The notes beneath the pieces were generated by a model. That model was not told the origin of the DNA. It saw only the letters and a list, made by a program, of their open reading frames with translations, and ran no database searches. A stretch of DNA of 63,234 nucleotides, filler included, from Chrysochromulina tobinii (taxonomy: Eukaryota): the NCBI GenBank assembly GCA_001275005.1. It is 6 parts of 6 records of this genome, joined end to end, with 100 filler letters (N's around TTAATTAATTAA, not from the genome) between each part and the next. Parts side by side here need not be neighbours in the genome. Positions count along the whole stretch, not along the records: positions 1 to 26,495 come from JWZX01001413.1; 5 more parts are not named here. One strand, written 5' to 3'. Shown here piece by piece: positions 11,679 through 23,172 of this stretch (the first letter of the stretch is position 1; each line of letters opens with the position of its first letter). The position numbers and the translations under genes were made by a program.

Positions 11679-13811
11679 GCTCGGGACGGCGCTCGGATCG
11701 GTGCTCGACATTGGTGGCGGACGCGGCAGACGGCGTCGGCGACGACGGCGTACTCGCAGCCGCAGCCGCCGTTTCTGCCGACGCGCCAGGTGGTAAGCTC
11801 TGATGACGCTTGATGGCCTCTGATGACGCACCGCCCGACGCGACAGATGGCACGCTCGTTTCCGCCAGCAGTGCATCCCGATCCCCCACCTTCCCGCCGG
11901 CCTCCCGCCTCGCTCTCGCCATCTCCTCCTCCTCCCACGCCGCCGCCGCCGCCGCATCCCAAGCCGCCGCCGCCGCCGCCGCCGCCGCATCCCACGAGAG
12001 CTCGACACCCTCGAGGCGCAGGCCGACGTCGGCGAGTGGGCCTGGCGTAAGGCTACGGGCCTCGGCAGCGTGCAGGAAGGCCTGGGGACGGGCGAGCGAG
12101 GCAATCAGTCGCAATCAGTGGCAATCAGTGGCACCGAGAGGCGATCAGTGAAGACGGGCGATCGAGTGGCACTAAGGGGCATTCAGTCGCAATCAGTGGC
12201 ACTCAATGGCACTCGGTAGCGCTCAGTGGCCATCTGAGGTCATCATCAGAGGTCATTGACGAGACTCACGTGCTCGAGGGCAATGGGGGCTCCATCAGTG
12301 GCAATCAGTGGCCATCAGAGGTCATTGACGAGACTCACCTGGAGACGTGCGAGCGAGGTACGCGCCTCCTGAGCCGACTGCAGCACGAGAGGCAAAAAAA
12401 GCAGCGGCGAGCGTAGCAGGTTGACCGCCGAGAGTACCGTCATCGCCGTCTGGAGTCGCAGAGTGCGTCCCAGGAGCGCGTACGTGCCCAAGATGGCCAC
12501 TGCGACGAGCGCAGGCGTGGAGGCGAAGACGGCGGCAAGGAGAGAACGCAGTCTGATGAGTGCGGTGAAGGCCGCTACCTCTTGCCCGCGCGCTTGTCCC
12601 ACGCGCTCGCCAAAGGCAAGTTCCCACGCATGCAGCTTGATGACTTTGATGGCCCCAAGCGCCTCACGCGCGCGCCTCACGCGCAGATCTCGGGCGACCA
12701 GCAGCACCTGCAGAGGCAATCAGAGGTCATCAGAGGTCATCAGAGGTCATCAGAGGCCATCAGAGGTCATCAGAGGTCATCAGAGGTCATCAGAGGTCAT
12801 CAGAGGTCATCAGAGGTCCCGGGCGACTAGAAGCACCTGCTGGCACCGGTAGGTGGCCGTGGCTATTGCTCGATTGGCGAGCAGCATGCCAAGCACCACT
12901 GCGAGACCAGGCAGCAGCGGCAGGAGGCCCACCTCGCTATAGAGTAGCCCGAGCGCTGCGAGGACCTGCAGTCGCGCACACGATAGTCAGTCGCACTCAA
13001 TCGCACTCAATCGCAGTCAGTCGCACATAATCGCAATCAGTCGCACTCAGTCGCACTCAGAGATAATCAGCCCAAGCGCCGCGAGGACCTGCAGTGGCGC
13101 GAACCAGAGCGCGTGAAGGTAGGGCACCAGATCGCAGATACGCTGCGAGTCCGGCCCGATGAGGTTGGTGACATCTCCGGAGGAGACACGTGCCGTGGGC
13201 GCCACCCGGAGCAGCTTGCGGTACGTGGCGCCCACCACGGCCGCGCGCAGCCTCAGACCGGTGCGGAAGAGCTGCGCGAAGTAGTGGCGCAAAGAGAACG
13301 CTTGCAAGCACGAGACGGCGAACAGCGCGAGGGTGGCGCGCACGCCCTGCGCGGCGTTCGCGCCGCCCTCGAGCAGAGCGATCATGTGGCGCAGCAGCAA
13401 GGGCGTGGCCAGCTGGCACACGTCGGAGAGCAGCTTGACGACGCCCGCCGCAGCAAACTCACGGCCAAAGCTGCGCCATAGGCTTAGGGCCACTGCGTTC
13501 GGCTGCGATGCCGTGCCGACGGCTCGCATCGCCTCGAAGTGGTGATCAAAGTTGTCCGTGGCTGTCTGCGACGAGTCCATCTTGCTAAGTGGCGGCAAAT
13601 CATGCTCTTCAAGCGGCCGCTGGTTGCCGAGTCGCAAGGTCGGGTTGAGCCACGCAAAGGTTGCCCGCGAGAGCACGCCGGCTGCGGCCTCGGGCTCCAA
13701 TTCGCGCGATGACGGTGGACGGTCGTAGCTGGTGGTAGGTAGTTTGGGTAAGCCGACCGCCTCATTTGACCCAAGCAGCGTCGTGACCAGAACCGCCAGC
13801 GATGCCTTCAT
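8198..13811 (-). CDS. ABCC/MRP-family ABC transporter; exons 13811-13089, 12965-12837, 12707-12339, 12081-8509, 8392-8198
   Basis: TFAWLNPTL lasso motif; NBD1 [32 protein letters not shown]2 [26 protein letters not shown]. Four GT-AG introns restore one continuous frame. Confidence 0.9.
12719..12817. repeat. (CAGAGGTCAT)n intronic 10-mer tandem array
   Basis: About 10 near-perfect copies inside intron 12708-12836. Confidence 0.95.
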
Positions 13812-15945
13812 CCGTCAGTCGCCGTCTCGCCGCCGAGCGACCGCGACCGAGATCGATCCCGCCTCCACACGAGATGCAACACACCGAGTGTCCCCCTGCA
13901 GTCAATCGACAAGGAGTTACTACGGTTCAAAAAACACAGGGGGGGGGCGGGACACACACGGGTCCAGTACATGGGTGTACATGACATGTGTCTGTCCAAG
14001 CCTTTGCTCGAAGATCCCTTATCAGCTTTTTCTGAGCTTCTGCTACATCATGTAACACTACTGCTTCCTCCGCAGAGCTTTTCCAAAATAAACTCTGCGG
14101 CACACGCCCTTAGGGTCCCAGCAGCTGCAAGCACCAGACCGCGAGACCACGCAGGATCATAGGAACCACCTGCAAGGCCTTGGCCCTTGCTGCTTCCTAG
14201 TTGCTGCCGCCCGACGACTGCTGGGCGGGTCCGGGATCGGGTGATGCATCGCCGGTAAGCGGTAACGCAGGCGCGGGGAAAGGCGCGGAGGGGATTCGCA
14301 TGTGGGCGGGTGTGTTAGGCCCGTACCCTGTAACAGTTTATAACTGGCTGCTGCCCAAAATAGAGCGCGCCACTGTAATTGTGAGGACTTCTTAAGGACT
14401 TCGCTTGCACGGATGACTGTGCCGGGCTTTCGATTTCGACTGGAAAACGAGCCCCCGGCCGCGCGCGAACAGGCGCGACGACAAAGTCGAAGTAAAGTCG
14501 AAGACGCGTGCCGTCGGTACGCTCACACACATTAAAAGGTTCACAAAACGCACGGAAACGCGTGTCCAGAGCTGGGCTGGCGCAGGGGCTGACTAAGGGG
14601 CTGACGCGGAGTTCACCTGAGATCCACGTCCGCTGCGATGCTGCTCACTGCTGACTCACTCTTGCAACCCACTTGAGTAGCCCTCAGCACAGAGGATCTT
14701 CCACGGAGTGCTCGTCTCCTAACTCGTCTCCACACTCAAGTCGTCTCACATCGACACTTGGCCGATGCTGCGCTAGAGGTAGCAGACCCACGTCATCTGG
14801 CCGTTTATGATCTCTTCCTCGCAGCTGGCAGCTATGCCCTTCCTTTCTTGGCAGTGCCAGATTTCCTTGCTGTCGCTGTAATCTGCTCAAGGTTGAAAAT
14901 GAAACGCGCGCGAAAAAGGGCACAGGTTAGGAAGCACAGACAGACGGGCGTGGCGGGAGTGAGAGAGTTGCGGGATTGAAGCCGTTCGATGGCTAAGGAA
15001 GGTGAAGGTAGCATACCGCCCTGAAGCTCGCACCCATCGAGCTCGGCGTGCGTCGATGGCATGGATGGGTAGAGGTCTACATACGTATATACGTGAGGTG
15101 CGACAGGCGGAGGGGCACATGCCCAGACGTCGTCAGCCGACTCCTTGCCGACGACTTCGCAGCCGCCAAGCCAAGCGAGAAGGTTGTTGGCGTACGCCCC
15201 CGCACTTGACGGCGAACGTACGCCTCGTGTCACGTACGTGCGCCTCGTGTCACGTACGTGACGGCGTGGTGACATTCCTGCCACGTGACGGCGGACGTAC
15301 GTACATGACGAGGCACGTGGTGTCACAACGGACGCCGCCACGAGGGGGATGCACAACAGAGCCGTCATCATGCCACGCCACTTTGCGCTGAAGTCCCTCG
15401 TCTCGCGTTTTCCAAAATGGATCTGAGGGATCTCCCGTCAAATTACGTCACTTAGAAAGTTGCCGAAGCGTCATGGGCACCAATTTATCAGTTTTCCATT
15501 TATCTCATGCCCTTCCTTGGTCCCACGTTCAACGAACCGCCCCTCACTTTGGGGGCATTCTCGCCGCCGATTGTCGCCCGCCGCGTCCCTTGCGCGCCGC
15601 GTTCTATAGAGGTACGAGTCAGAGCACAGGGAGAGAGAGCACAGGGGGGCGGGGTTAAAGGGGCGAGGTGCGAGCGCGCTGCGCGCGCGGCGGGCGCCGT
15701 GGGCTCAAGCGGCGGCGTCTTAGCGGCGTCGCCCGTCGCTTTCGCGTTTCGGCTTTGCGCATTGCGGCTTTTTCCGGATTTGACCAGATATTGATTCGAT
15801 TATACAAATACATGTCATTGATGCCTCTCCCTCCATGGCAGTCGTGTTTCCTATTTTTCAAGGGCCACCGTGCGCGGCGCTGCATGTAGCATAATATTGC
15901 ATAGATTGCTATTGCTGGATACTCGCCTCGTTCTGTGAGGGCCGA

Positions 15946-16341
15946 TCACTGCTTAGGCCCCCGCGCTGCATAGCTTCGCTCTTCTAGTTTGGCCTGATAT
16001 TCGGCCATCGCTTTAGGGTCGCCCGCTGCCACACGTTGCAGCAAGTGGACTTTATCCTGCTTCTGCGCATACATCGCTCGACGGCACGTAAACCACGACG
16101 TTCCAGCTAGCAAGCCCGCAACGACGCTTCCCCATGTGAAAGCAGAGCGCCCGCCACTACCGCTGATGTAGCGTAGCCCTCCGATCCCCAAGCCGCCGGC
16201 TGCGCCAATGCCAACAGATGGTGCAAGGCATGGAGCCCTGTGAAAGGTTCTGAGAGACTCCCAGCGCGAGTTCGACTTCGCAGCCTCGCGGTCGCCCTCG
16301 TTGATCACGACTGCGTCCTTGGAGCCGAGAGGTGGCGGCAT
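15946..16341 (-). CDS. COX20: COX20/FAM36A-like cytochrome c oxidase assembly factor
   Basis: 131 aa; PC..S..G..GG..G.LRY....A..W....SWF.CR pattern with two hydrophobic segments matches the COX20 family. Confidence 0.7.
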   Translation of the reverse strand: MPPPLGSKDAVVINEGDREAAKSNSRWESLRTFHRAPCLAPSVGIGAAGGLGIGGLRYISGSGGRSAFTWGSVVAGLLAGTSWFTCRRAMYAQKQDKVHLLQRVAAGDPKAMAEYQAKLEERSYAARGPKQ

Positions 16342-16867
16342 GCCTCGAGTGCCACTTTATCACTCGTGCTCGCGCTTCGACCCGCGAGCCGGGCGGGACT
16401 GGGTCGCCGACACAACACGGAACTTTCCTGTGTGAACGTTCATGTTCAGAAACATTCACGTTCACACGGTACTCTTCAAAGTGAAACTTGATTGTGTTGT
16501 AGTTCGGCGCGGCTTCGCGCGCCGGCACGCAAGTACGCCGTATGGCCGGCCGCCGCCAATTCCGCGGCTGCCGATCGCAATTACTAATCCATCATCCAGG
16601 ATCCATGGGATCCACCTCGCTGTACATGTACATGCGTATGGGAACAGGGAGAGAGCGGCGGTAACGGCCTGCCCGCCGCGCCTACCCGCCAGCTGAACAC
16701 GGCCACCCATCGCGGCACAAGGCAAACATGCTCGGGTGTCTCCATGGCTGCAAACACATCGGTGGCAGCGGGAGAGAGCGGGGCGACTCCGCTGAGGCAA
16801 CTTGTACAATTGAGCACCCGTTGGCGAGGCCTGCGAGAAGCTGAGGATGAGCACTGCTGCTGTCGCT

Positions 16868-18868
16868 TTACCTGGCGAGGCTGCCGTAGCCGAGGCTGCT
16901 GCTGCCCAACCCGCTGCTGCTCCCGAAACCGCCGCTTGCTTTCGAGACGAGCGTGCATGCAAACGGGAGTGGCTCTGCCTCGGCTGCCTTGAAGTCGGCG
17001 TCCTCGGCGGGCTGCAGCGAGTGCGCTGCCACGTGCAGCTCGATCTCGCCATCGTCGTACTGCACATTGAAGGTGCCCTCGGAGTGGTTGACTGAGCAGA
17101 TGCGGCCCAGGCACCAGGTGCCGCACGACTGCCAGTTGGCGCGCACTCGCTCGCCATGCACGTAGTCTTGCTTGATGTGGCCCGTCGACATGGGCTGCAC
17201 GCGCGAGGGGGGCACGTGCTTCTCAAGATGGCCGTTCTCGTACTTGATCGTCTGCGGGCACGAAAGGGTAGGTTGAGGGGGAAGGGGGAGGAAAAGGGAG
17301 GGTGCGATGGGTCAGCGGTGGGCGGCGCATGCGTGCGCAGAGCGCCGAGTGAGCCTGAGCCAAGCGTGTGGAGAGGTGGCAGCGGAAGGGGGAGGGGAGG
17401 CAGGCGCGAGTGGCGTGTGGGGAAGCTCGCTCACGAAGACGCGAAATTTGGTGTCGATCGCGATGATGCGCCCCGTGTACCAGGAGCCGTGCCCCTTGAG
17501 GTCAGCTTTGACCACGTCGCCCACCCCGAATGCATGGAAAGCGTCGGTGAGCTCGATGCTCACGGGGTGGACGCGTTGCCGCGGCACGTGGCTCTCGAAG
17601 TCTCCGTCGTCGTACAGGATATCGAGGGTCTCATCCTCGTGGTTGATGGCGAGCACTTCCCCCGGGTACATAACGCCCCGTCCAGCCCAATTCGCACGCA
17701 CAAAGTCGCCAATCTCAAAGGTCGTGAGCGGCGCAAGCACCGAGGTCGGCGGTGCGTGCGTGAGCGAGATGGGCGTCAGGAACGGCCCAGGCAGCACGCC
17801 GTCCTTGGCGCGCTCCCAAGGCATCTCGAGAGGGGGCGTCCCGGCATTCGAGCGCAAACAGAAGAAGCACTTCGGCGCGGCAGCGCCAGTCGCCTCCTTG
17901 GCGGGTGGGCCAGGGGCGGGCTGCGCGAAGCTCTCGGCAATGTACCAGAAGCGCCCGCCCGAAACGGAGCGGCGGAGCAGGCTGTACTGCACGCCGCCCG
18001 CCCCCTTGTACGTATACTTGGGCACACCGTCGCTCTCACCACTTTGGGTGTACACGCCGTTGACCGCCTTCAGGGCGGCCCCCGATACCAAGTAGGCTGA
18101 GCCTGAGAAATTTCGGCGTTTCAGCTGCGCGATTGACGCCGACGCCGAGGCGGTGGGTGCGGCGACGTCGCGCCCGCTCTCGCTGCTGCTTGCACCAGAT
18201 GCGCCCATCGCATCCGCCCCTGAACTGGTGAGATGTGACGACGCTGCAGTGCCGCCGCCGCTGCCCATCGAGCTCATGCACTGCCGCAGCTTGATGCGGT
18301 CGACGAGCGCATTGTAAAAGTCCACAAAGTCGCTGTACGTGACCTTGGTCTGGGGGCGATGTGCGAGGAGACGCGCGGAAGTGAGCGGAAGGCACACACG
18401 GGCGCGGCCATGCCTGGGGGCTCAAAGGCTGTGGGCACGAGCGCTCCGCAGCAGCGCGCACCAAGCGGCGATAGCGCGTCATCTGCAATACAAACTCCTC
18501 GACGTCGCCGTCATAGTTGAGCGATTGAGAGAGCAGCATCGACGTGAGCATTGAGCTCAACTGCGAGGTCCCACACGGGGGAGGGAGCGTGGTGCCACTC
18601 AGCACGTTGCGCGCGCGTGGGTGAGCAGCGCCAGCGACGCGCACGGGCCGAGGGACGGACGGGAATGGCCAGGCGCCCGTGTCTGGCGGTGCTCCCAGGC
18701 CGTAAGCCCAGAGCCCCGCAGAAATTCGGGCTTGGCAGCAGCTCTGCCCACCTGCTCCACAGCCACAAGGCCGTCAGCGTCCGAGTCGAGCAGCATGAAA
18801 ATCGTGCGGGCCGTGGAGGCCCGCTCCTCGAGCGCTCTCAAGAGGTCCTCGACATTCGATGACGCCAT
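16868..18868 (-). CDS. Multi-exon EF-hand plus three Tudor/Agenet-like domain protein (3' end uncertain)
   Basis: FMLLDSDADGLV EF-loop and VTYSDFVDFY. Three repeats of type FEIGDFVRANW..YPGEV..YDDG..E.HVP are spread over ORF pieces separated by GT..AG introns. Confidence 0.6.
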
Positions 18869-19280
18869 ATGACGTCCGGGACGCACGCGCAGCGCCCGCC
18901 CTGCACGCCCGCCCAGGCAGGCTGGTTGGCTGTCTTGGCTGCTCGCGAAGGGGAAATTCCCAACTTCTACAAAGCTAATCCGTTTCGACGAAACCTCCAA
19001 CACGCGCCTATCATGAAGAGGCACGCTCCCTTGCAACCCCTCCACGGAAGGAACACACGACTTCACACTCCGCGACCGCGTCGACACACTTCACACCGTG
19101 GCATCGCAAGTCAATTCAAATCTATACAGAAACAACAGAATGCGCCTTCTGTGTCGAATGCGCTCCGGACTCCAGTGTGACTCGACTTGACACGACTTGA
19201 CTTGTCTTAGCAGTCGCAGCCAGTCACGACCCTCATACAGCGGGACTCCATCACCCGAGCTGAGCTCCGACAGATCGATC

Positions 19281-22200
19281 ATGCTCCGCACGGGTGTCTT
19301 GCTGCTCCTTAGCTGCACGGCGATAACGGCGGAGCTGTCGCCGACGTCAACCCCATCCTCGCACGTGCACGCGTCGCCGCGCGAGCGACGCTTTCGGCCG
19401 CTTCCGGCGCTGCACCAACTGCGTGGCGGCACGGCCGCTGTGACGAACGCGCCTCCTGGTGCGGCGCCGGGCGAGCTGACGACCGCGCCGCTCCCCGCGC
19501 ACGCGTGCGAGGTGGAGGCATACCTTCTGCGTGTGGGCGTCTCGCCCGACGTTGGCCTGAGCGAGGCGAGCGCCAAAGAGCTCCTTGCAATCCATGGGCC
19601 GAACAAGCTCCAGGTCGACTTGGGCGAGCCGCTCTGGAAGCTCTTCGTCGCGCAGTTCGACGACCGGCTGGTGCAGATCCTGCTGGGGGTGGCGGTGCTC
19701 TCTTACACGCTCGCGCGCCTCGAGGGTGAGGCCAACGGCTGGGTCGAGCCCGTCGTCATCCTGGGCATCCTCCTGCTCAACGCTGCCATAGGCACCTGGC
19801 AAGAGGCCTCGGCCGCCTCAGCGCTCGATGCGCTGCAGAAACTACAGCCGGAGCGCGCGCGCTGCCTGCGCGAGGGCAAGTGGCAGCATGACTTTGCGGC
19901 CGCCGCGCTAGTGCCGGGCGACATCATCGAGCTGCGAGTGGGCGACCGCGTGCCCGCCGACGCGCGTCTGCTCTCGCTCTCTACCACGACCCTCTCGGCC
20001 GACGAGGGCTCCCTCACAGGAGAGTCGATGACGGTGAGCAAGACGCTGGCCGCGGTGCCCGCGGACGCACGCATCCAGGATAAGGCCAACCTGCTCTTCG
20101 CGGGCACCGTCATCACCAACGGGCGCGGACTTGCCGTCGTCACTGCCACGGGCGGCGCGACTGAAATGGGCAAGATCCAACAAGGCGTCCAGGCGGCCAA
20201 GGGCGACGAGGAGCGCACACCTCTCGCACAGAAGCTCGATGCCTTCGGCGAGAAGCTGACGCTCGCCATCAGCGGCATCTGTGTCGCCGTGTGGGCCATC
20301 AACTTCCGCAATTTTTGGCAGCCTGCCTTCGGTTCGCCCTGGCGCGGCGCGCTGTACTACCTTAAGGTCGCCGTGGCCCTCGGGGTGGCTGCGATCCCCG
20401 AGGGCTTACCGGCGGTGATCACGCTGTGCCTCTCGCTCGGCACCCGTCGAATGGCAGCGCGCCGCGTCATCGTGCGCAAGCTCCCATCCGTCGAGACCCT
20501 CGGCTGCACCACCGTCATCTGCACCGACAAGACCGGTACTCTCACGACCAACCAGATGACGGTGACCAGCCTGGTGACCGTGCAGAGCGACGGCGTCCAG
20601 CAGCGCGTGCGCGAGTATGAAGTCGAGGGGGTCTCGTACTCGCCAGCCGGCGCCGTTCTCGGCCTGCAGCCGAGCACCATCCTCGGCAGTGGCTTCGCTG
20701 ACCTCGCCGCCGTGTGCACGTTGTGCAACGACGCCGAGATCGGGTACACCGATGGCCAGTTTACGCGCGTGGGCGAGCCGACCGAGGCAGCGCTCAAGGT
20801 ACTCGTCGAAAAGATTGGCCTGCCGAACACGCCGAGCCCGACGACCGTCGAGGCGTCCGCGAGCCACTACTCCTCCCTCCGTGCATCCGAGTGGACGCGC
20901 GTCGCAACCCTCGAGTTCTCACGCGAGCGCAAGTCGATGTCGGTGCTCTGCAGGCACCGTCGCACCAACCTGAACAGTCTCTTTGTTAAAGGTGCACCAG
21001 AGGGGCTGCTCCCTCGGTGCGACTTTGTGCGCCTCGTCGACGGCACGACGGTGCGCATGACCGACGAGTGGCGTCGCAAATTGCAGACCCAATTCGACGA
21101 GATGGCGCGCCGCCCGCTGCGCTGCCTGGTGCTTGCCGTCAAGGACGACGAGCTTGGCGAGCTCGGCGAGATCTCCGCACCGGGCGTCATGCCGGCGCGC
21201 GCGGCGCCGCTGCTGGCGGACGCGTCGGGCTTCGCGAACCTCGAGAGCGGGCTCACCTTCGTCGGCATGGTGGGCATCAAGGACCCGGCGCGCCCCGAGG
21301 TGGCCGACGCCATCCGAACGTGCGGCCTAGCGGGCGTGCGCGTCGTGATGATCACTGGAGACTCGGCACAGACCGCCACGGCCATCGCACGCGACGTGCA
21401 CATCTTTGGTCAGGACGAGGCGCCCGAAGGGCGCGTCTTCGTGGGCGGCGAGTTCTTCGATCTGCCGCAATCTCAGCAGGACAAGCTGCTCACGAGCTCC
21501 AATCTCGTCTTCTGCCGCGCCGAGCCGCAGGACAAGCAGCGGCTGCTCAAGCAGTTGCAGGTGCTGGGGGAGGTCGCGGCGATGACGGGCGACGGCGTCA
21601 ACGACGCCCCCGCCCTGCAGCAGGCGTCCATCGGCGTCGCGATGGGCATCGCGGGCACCGAGGTGTCCAAGCAGGCGGCCGACATGGTGCTCGCCGACGA
21701 CAACTTTGCAACCATCGTGGCGGCGATCGAGGAGGGTCGCTCGATTTACGCGAACATGAAGGCCTTCATCAACTTTTTGATCACGTGCAACATCGGCGAG
21801 GTGATGGCCGTCTTCCTGTCGACGCTGCTCGGGCTGCCAGAGGTGCTTGGCCCGCTCCACTTGCTCTGGGTCAACCTGGTCACCGACGGTCCGCCCGCGA
21901 CGGCGCTCGGCTTCAACCCGCCCGATCCGAACAATATGCGCCGCCCGCCACGTGGCCGAAACGACCCGCTGATCAGCCGTTTCACCGTGCTGCGCTATGC
22001 GCTCTGTGGCACGTACGTGGGCGCCGCGACGGTGGGCGCCTTCATGTACAAGTACCGCCAGATGGGAGTGCCCTTGGCCAAGCTGCGCAGCTGGACGCAA
22101 TGCACCCAGTGGGAGGGCGCCGACGTGGGTCTGGCCGCTGTTGGCGAGGTCGCAGCAGTCGCGTGCGATGCCTTCGACGCGCACAAGGGCAAGTTGCTCC

Positions 22201-22499
22201 CCTCGAGCGTCGCTCTCTCGACGCTTGTCGCGATGGAGATGCTTCGCGCCCTGTGCTCGGTTTCGGACACGCAGTCACTGCTCCAAAAGCCCTTTTGGGC
22301 CAACCGCTGGCTGCTGGGCGGCGTCACGATGCCGGTGCTCCTGCATCTGGGCGTGCTGTACACGAAGCCACTCGCGAGGATCTTCCAGATGGCGCCGCTG
22401 AGCAAGGCAGACTGGCTCACGGTCGCGGCCTTCGCCGGCCCGCTTGTGCTGCTCGAGGAGCTGCTGAAGCTCGTTGCGCGCGTCATGAACATCACATAG
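19281..22499 (+). CDS. P2A-type Ca2+-ATPase (SERCA-like), intronless, with N-terminal signal-peptide-like extension
   Basis: LTGES, AIPEGLP, DKTGT, KGAPE, TGDGVND, NIGEV and WVNLVTDG motifs. Confidence 0.95.
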   Translation: MLRTGVLLLLSCTAITAELSPTSTPSSHVHASPRERRFRPLPALHQLRGGTAAVTNAPPGAAPGELTTAPLPAHACEVEAYLLRVGVSPDVGLSEASAKELLAIHGPNKLQVDLGEPLWKLFVAQFDDRLVQILLGVAVLSYTLARLEGEANGWVEPVVILGILLLNAAIGTWQEASAASALDALQKLQPERARCLREGKWQHDFAAAALVPGDIIELRVGDRVPADARLLSLSTTTLSADEGSLTGESMTVSKTLAAVPADARIQDKANLLFAGTVITNGRGLAVVTATGGATEMGKIQQGVQAAKGDEERTPLAQKLDAFGEKLTLAISGICVAVWAINFRNFWQPAFGSPWRGALYYLKVAVALGVAAIPEGLPAVITLCLSLGTRRMAARRVIVRKLPSVETLGCTTVICTDKTGTLTTNQMTVTSLVTVQSDGVQQRVREYEVEGVSYSPAGAVLGLQPSTILGSGFADLAAVCTLCNDAEIGYTDGQFTRVGEPTEAALKVLVEKIGLPNTPSPTTVEASASHYSSLRASEWTRVATLEFSRERKSMSVLCRHRRTNLNSLFVKGAPEGLLPRCDFVRLVDGTTVRMTDEWRRKLQTQFDEMARRPLRCLVLAVKDDELGELGEISAPGVMPARAAPLLADASGFANLESGLTFVGMVGIKDPARPEVADAIRTCGLAGVRVVMITGDSAQTATAIARDVHIFGQDEAPEGRVFVGGEFFDLPQSQQDKLLTSSNLVFCRAEPQDKQRLLKQLQVLGEVAAMTGDGVNDAPALQQASIGVAMGIAGTEVSKQAADMVLADDNFATIVAAIEEGRSIYANMKAFINFLITCNIGEVMAVFLSTLLGLPEVLGPLHLLWVNLVTDGPPATALGFNPPDPNNMRRPPRGRNDPLISRFTVLRYALCGTYVGAATVGAFMYKYRQMGVPLAKLRSWTQCTQWEGADVGLAAVGEVAAVACDAFDAHKGKLLPSSVALSTLVAMEMLRALCSVSDTQSLLQKPFWANRWLLGGVTMPVLLHLGVLYTKPLARIFQMAPLSKADWLTVAAFAGPLVLLEELLKLVARVMNIT

Positions 22500-23172
22500 C
22501 GTGCAGGGGCCACATGCGAGCGAGCGCGCGAAGGAGCGGCGAGGCGGGCGCACAGCAGATCCGCGCGGAATGAATGAATGGCGAGCAGTTGAATGTTGCA
22601 CGTGATCGTGAGGCGCAAACCGCAGCACGATTATGGGCGAGGGGGGCGGTGGGCGGGGGACGGTCGAGAGGATGGAGAAAAAACCTTGCCTAACAGGAAC
22701 GGTTGAATCGTTGAAATCGGATAAATGTTTATTTTGTTGCCACTTTCACGGAACGCGAAGGATCGCGACCGGGACGCTCGACGTCGCCCCTAGCCCCTAC
22801 GTCGCCCCACCCGCGTCGGGCGGCAGGCCGCACAGCCACAGGCAGGCCGCCGGGGCGCGCGCCGAAAGCTCGCCTCGACCGGTTACCGGTAACGATCTTA
22901 GAAGTAGATCTCGTTCAAACGAACATCGATTGCAGGCCGCCACGTCGACGGCCGCCGCGCCATCGGCGGCGGCCACGTCGGCGGCAGCCAGATTTATTAC
23001 ATCTCAGCGCGCTCTCGAGCTGTGAGGCTGAGCAGACGCCCGGCGTCGCATCCCACATGCCCGCCAAGGACGCACGTGGATCGACGAGAGCGTGCGCAGT
23101 GCCCGCTCACATGACGGAGACGGTCGCCGCAGGCGCTTGGGCTATCCACCCATAGGCGCACGGCGTGCCCGC

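Noticed and set aside
14832..15371. 179-aa ORF and ACGT-rich cluster with a 20-bp duplication
   Set aside because: No recognisable domain or consistent splice model; cannot support a call.
21017..22573. Long alternative-frame and antisense ORFs over real genes (e.g. 1864-3120, 56171-57694)
   Set aside because: Expected shadow ORFs in high-GC coding DNA; Arg/Ala-rich with no motifs.
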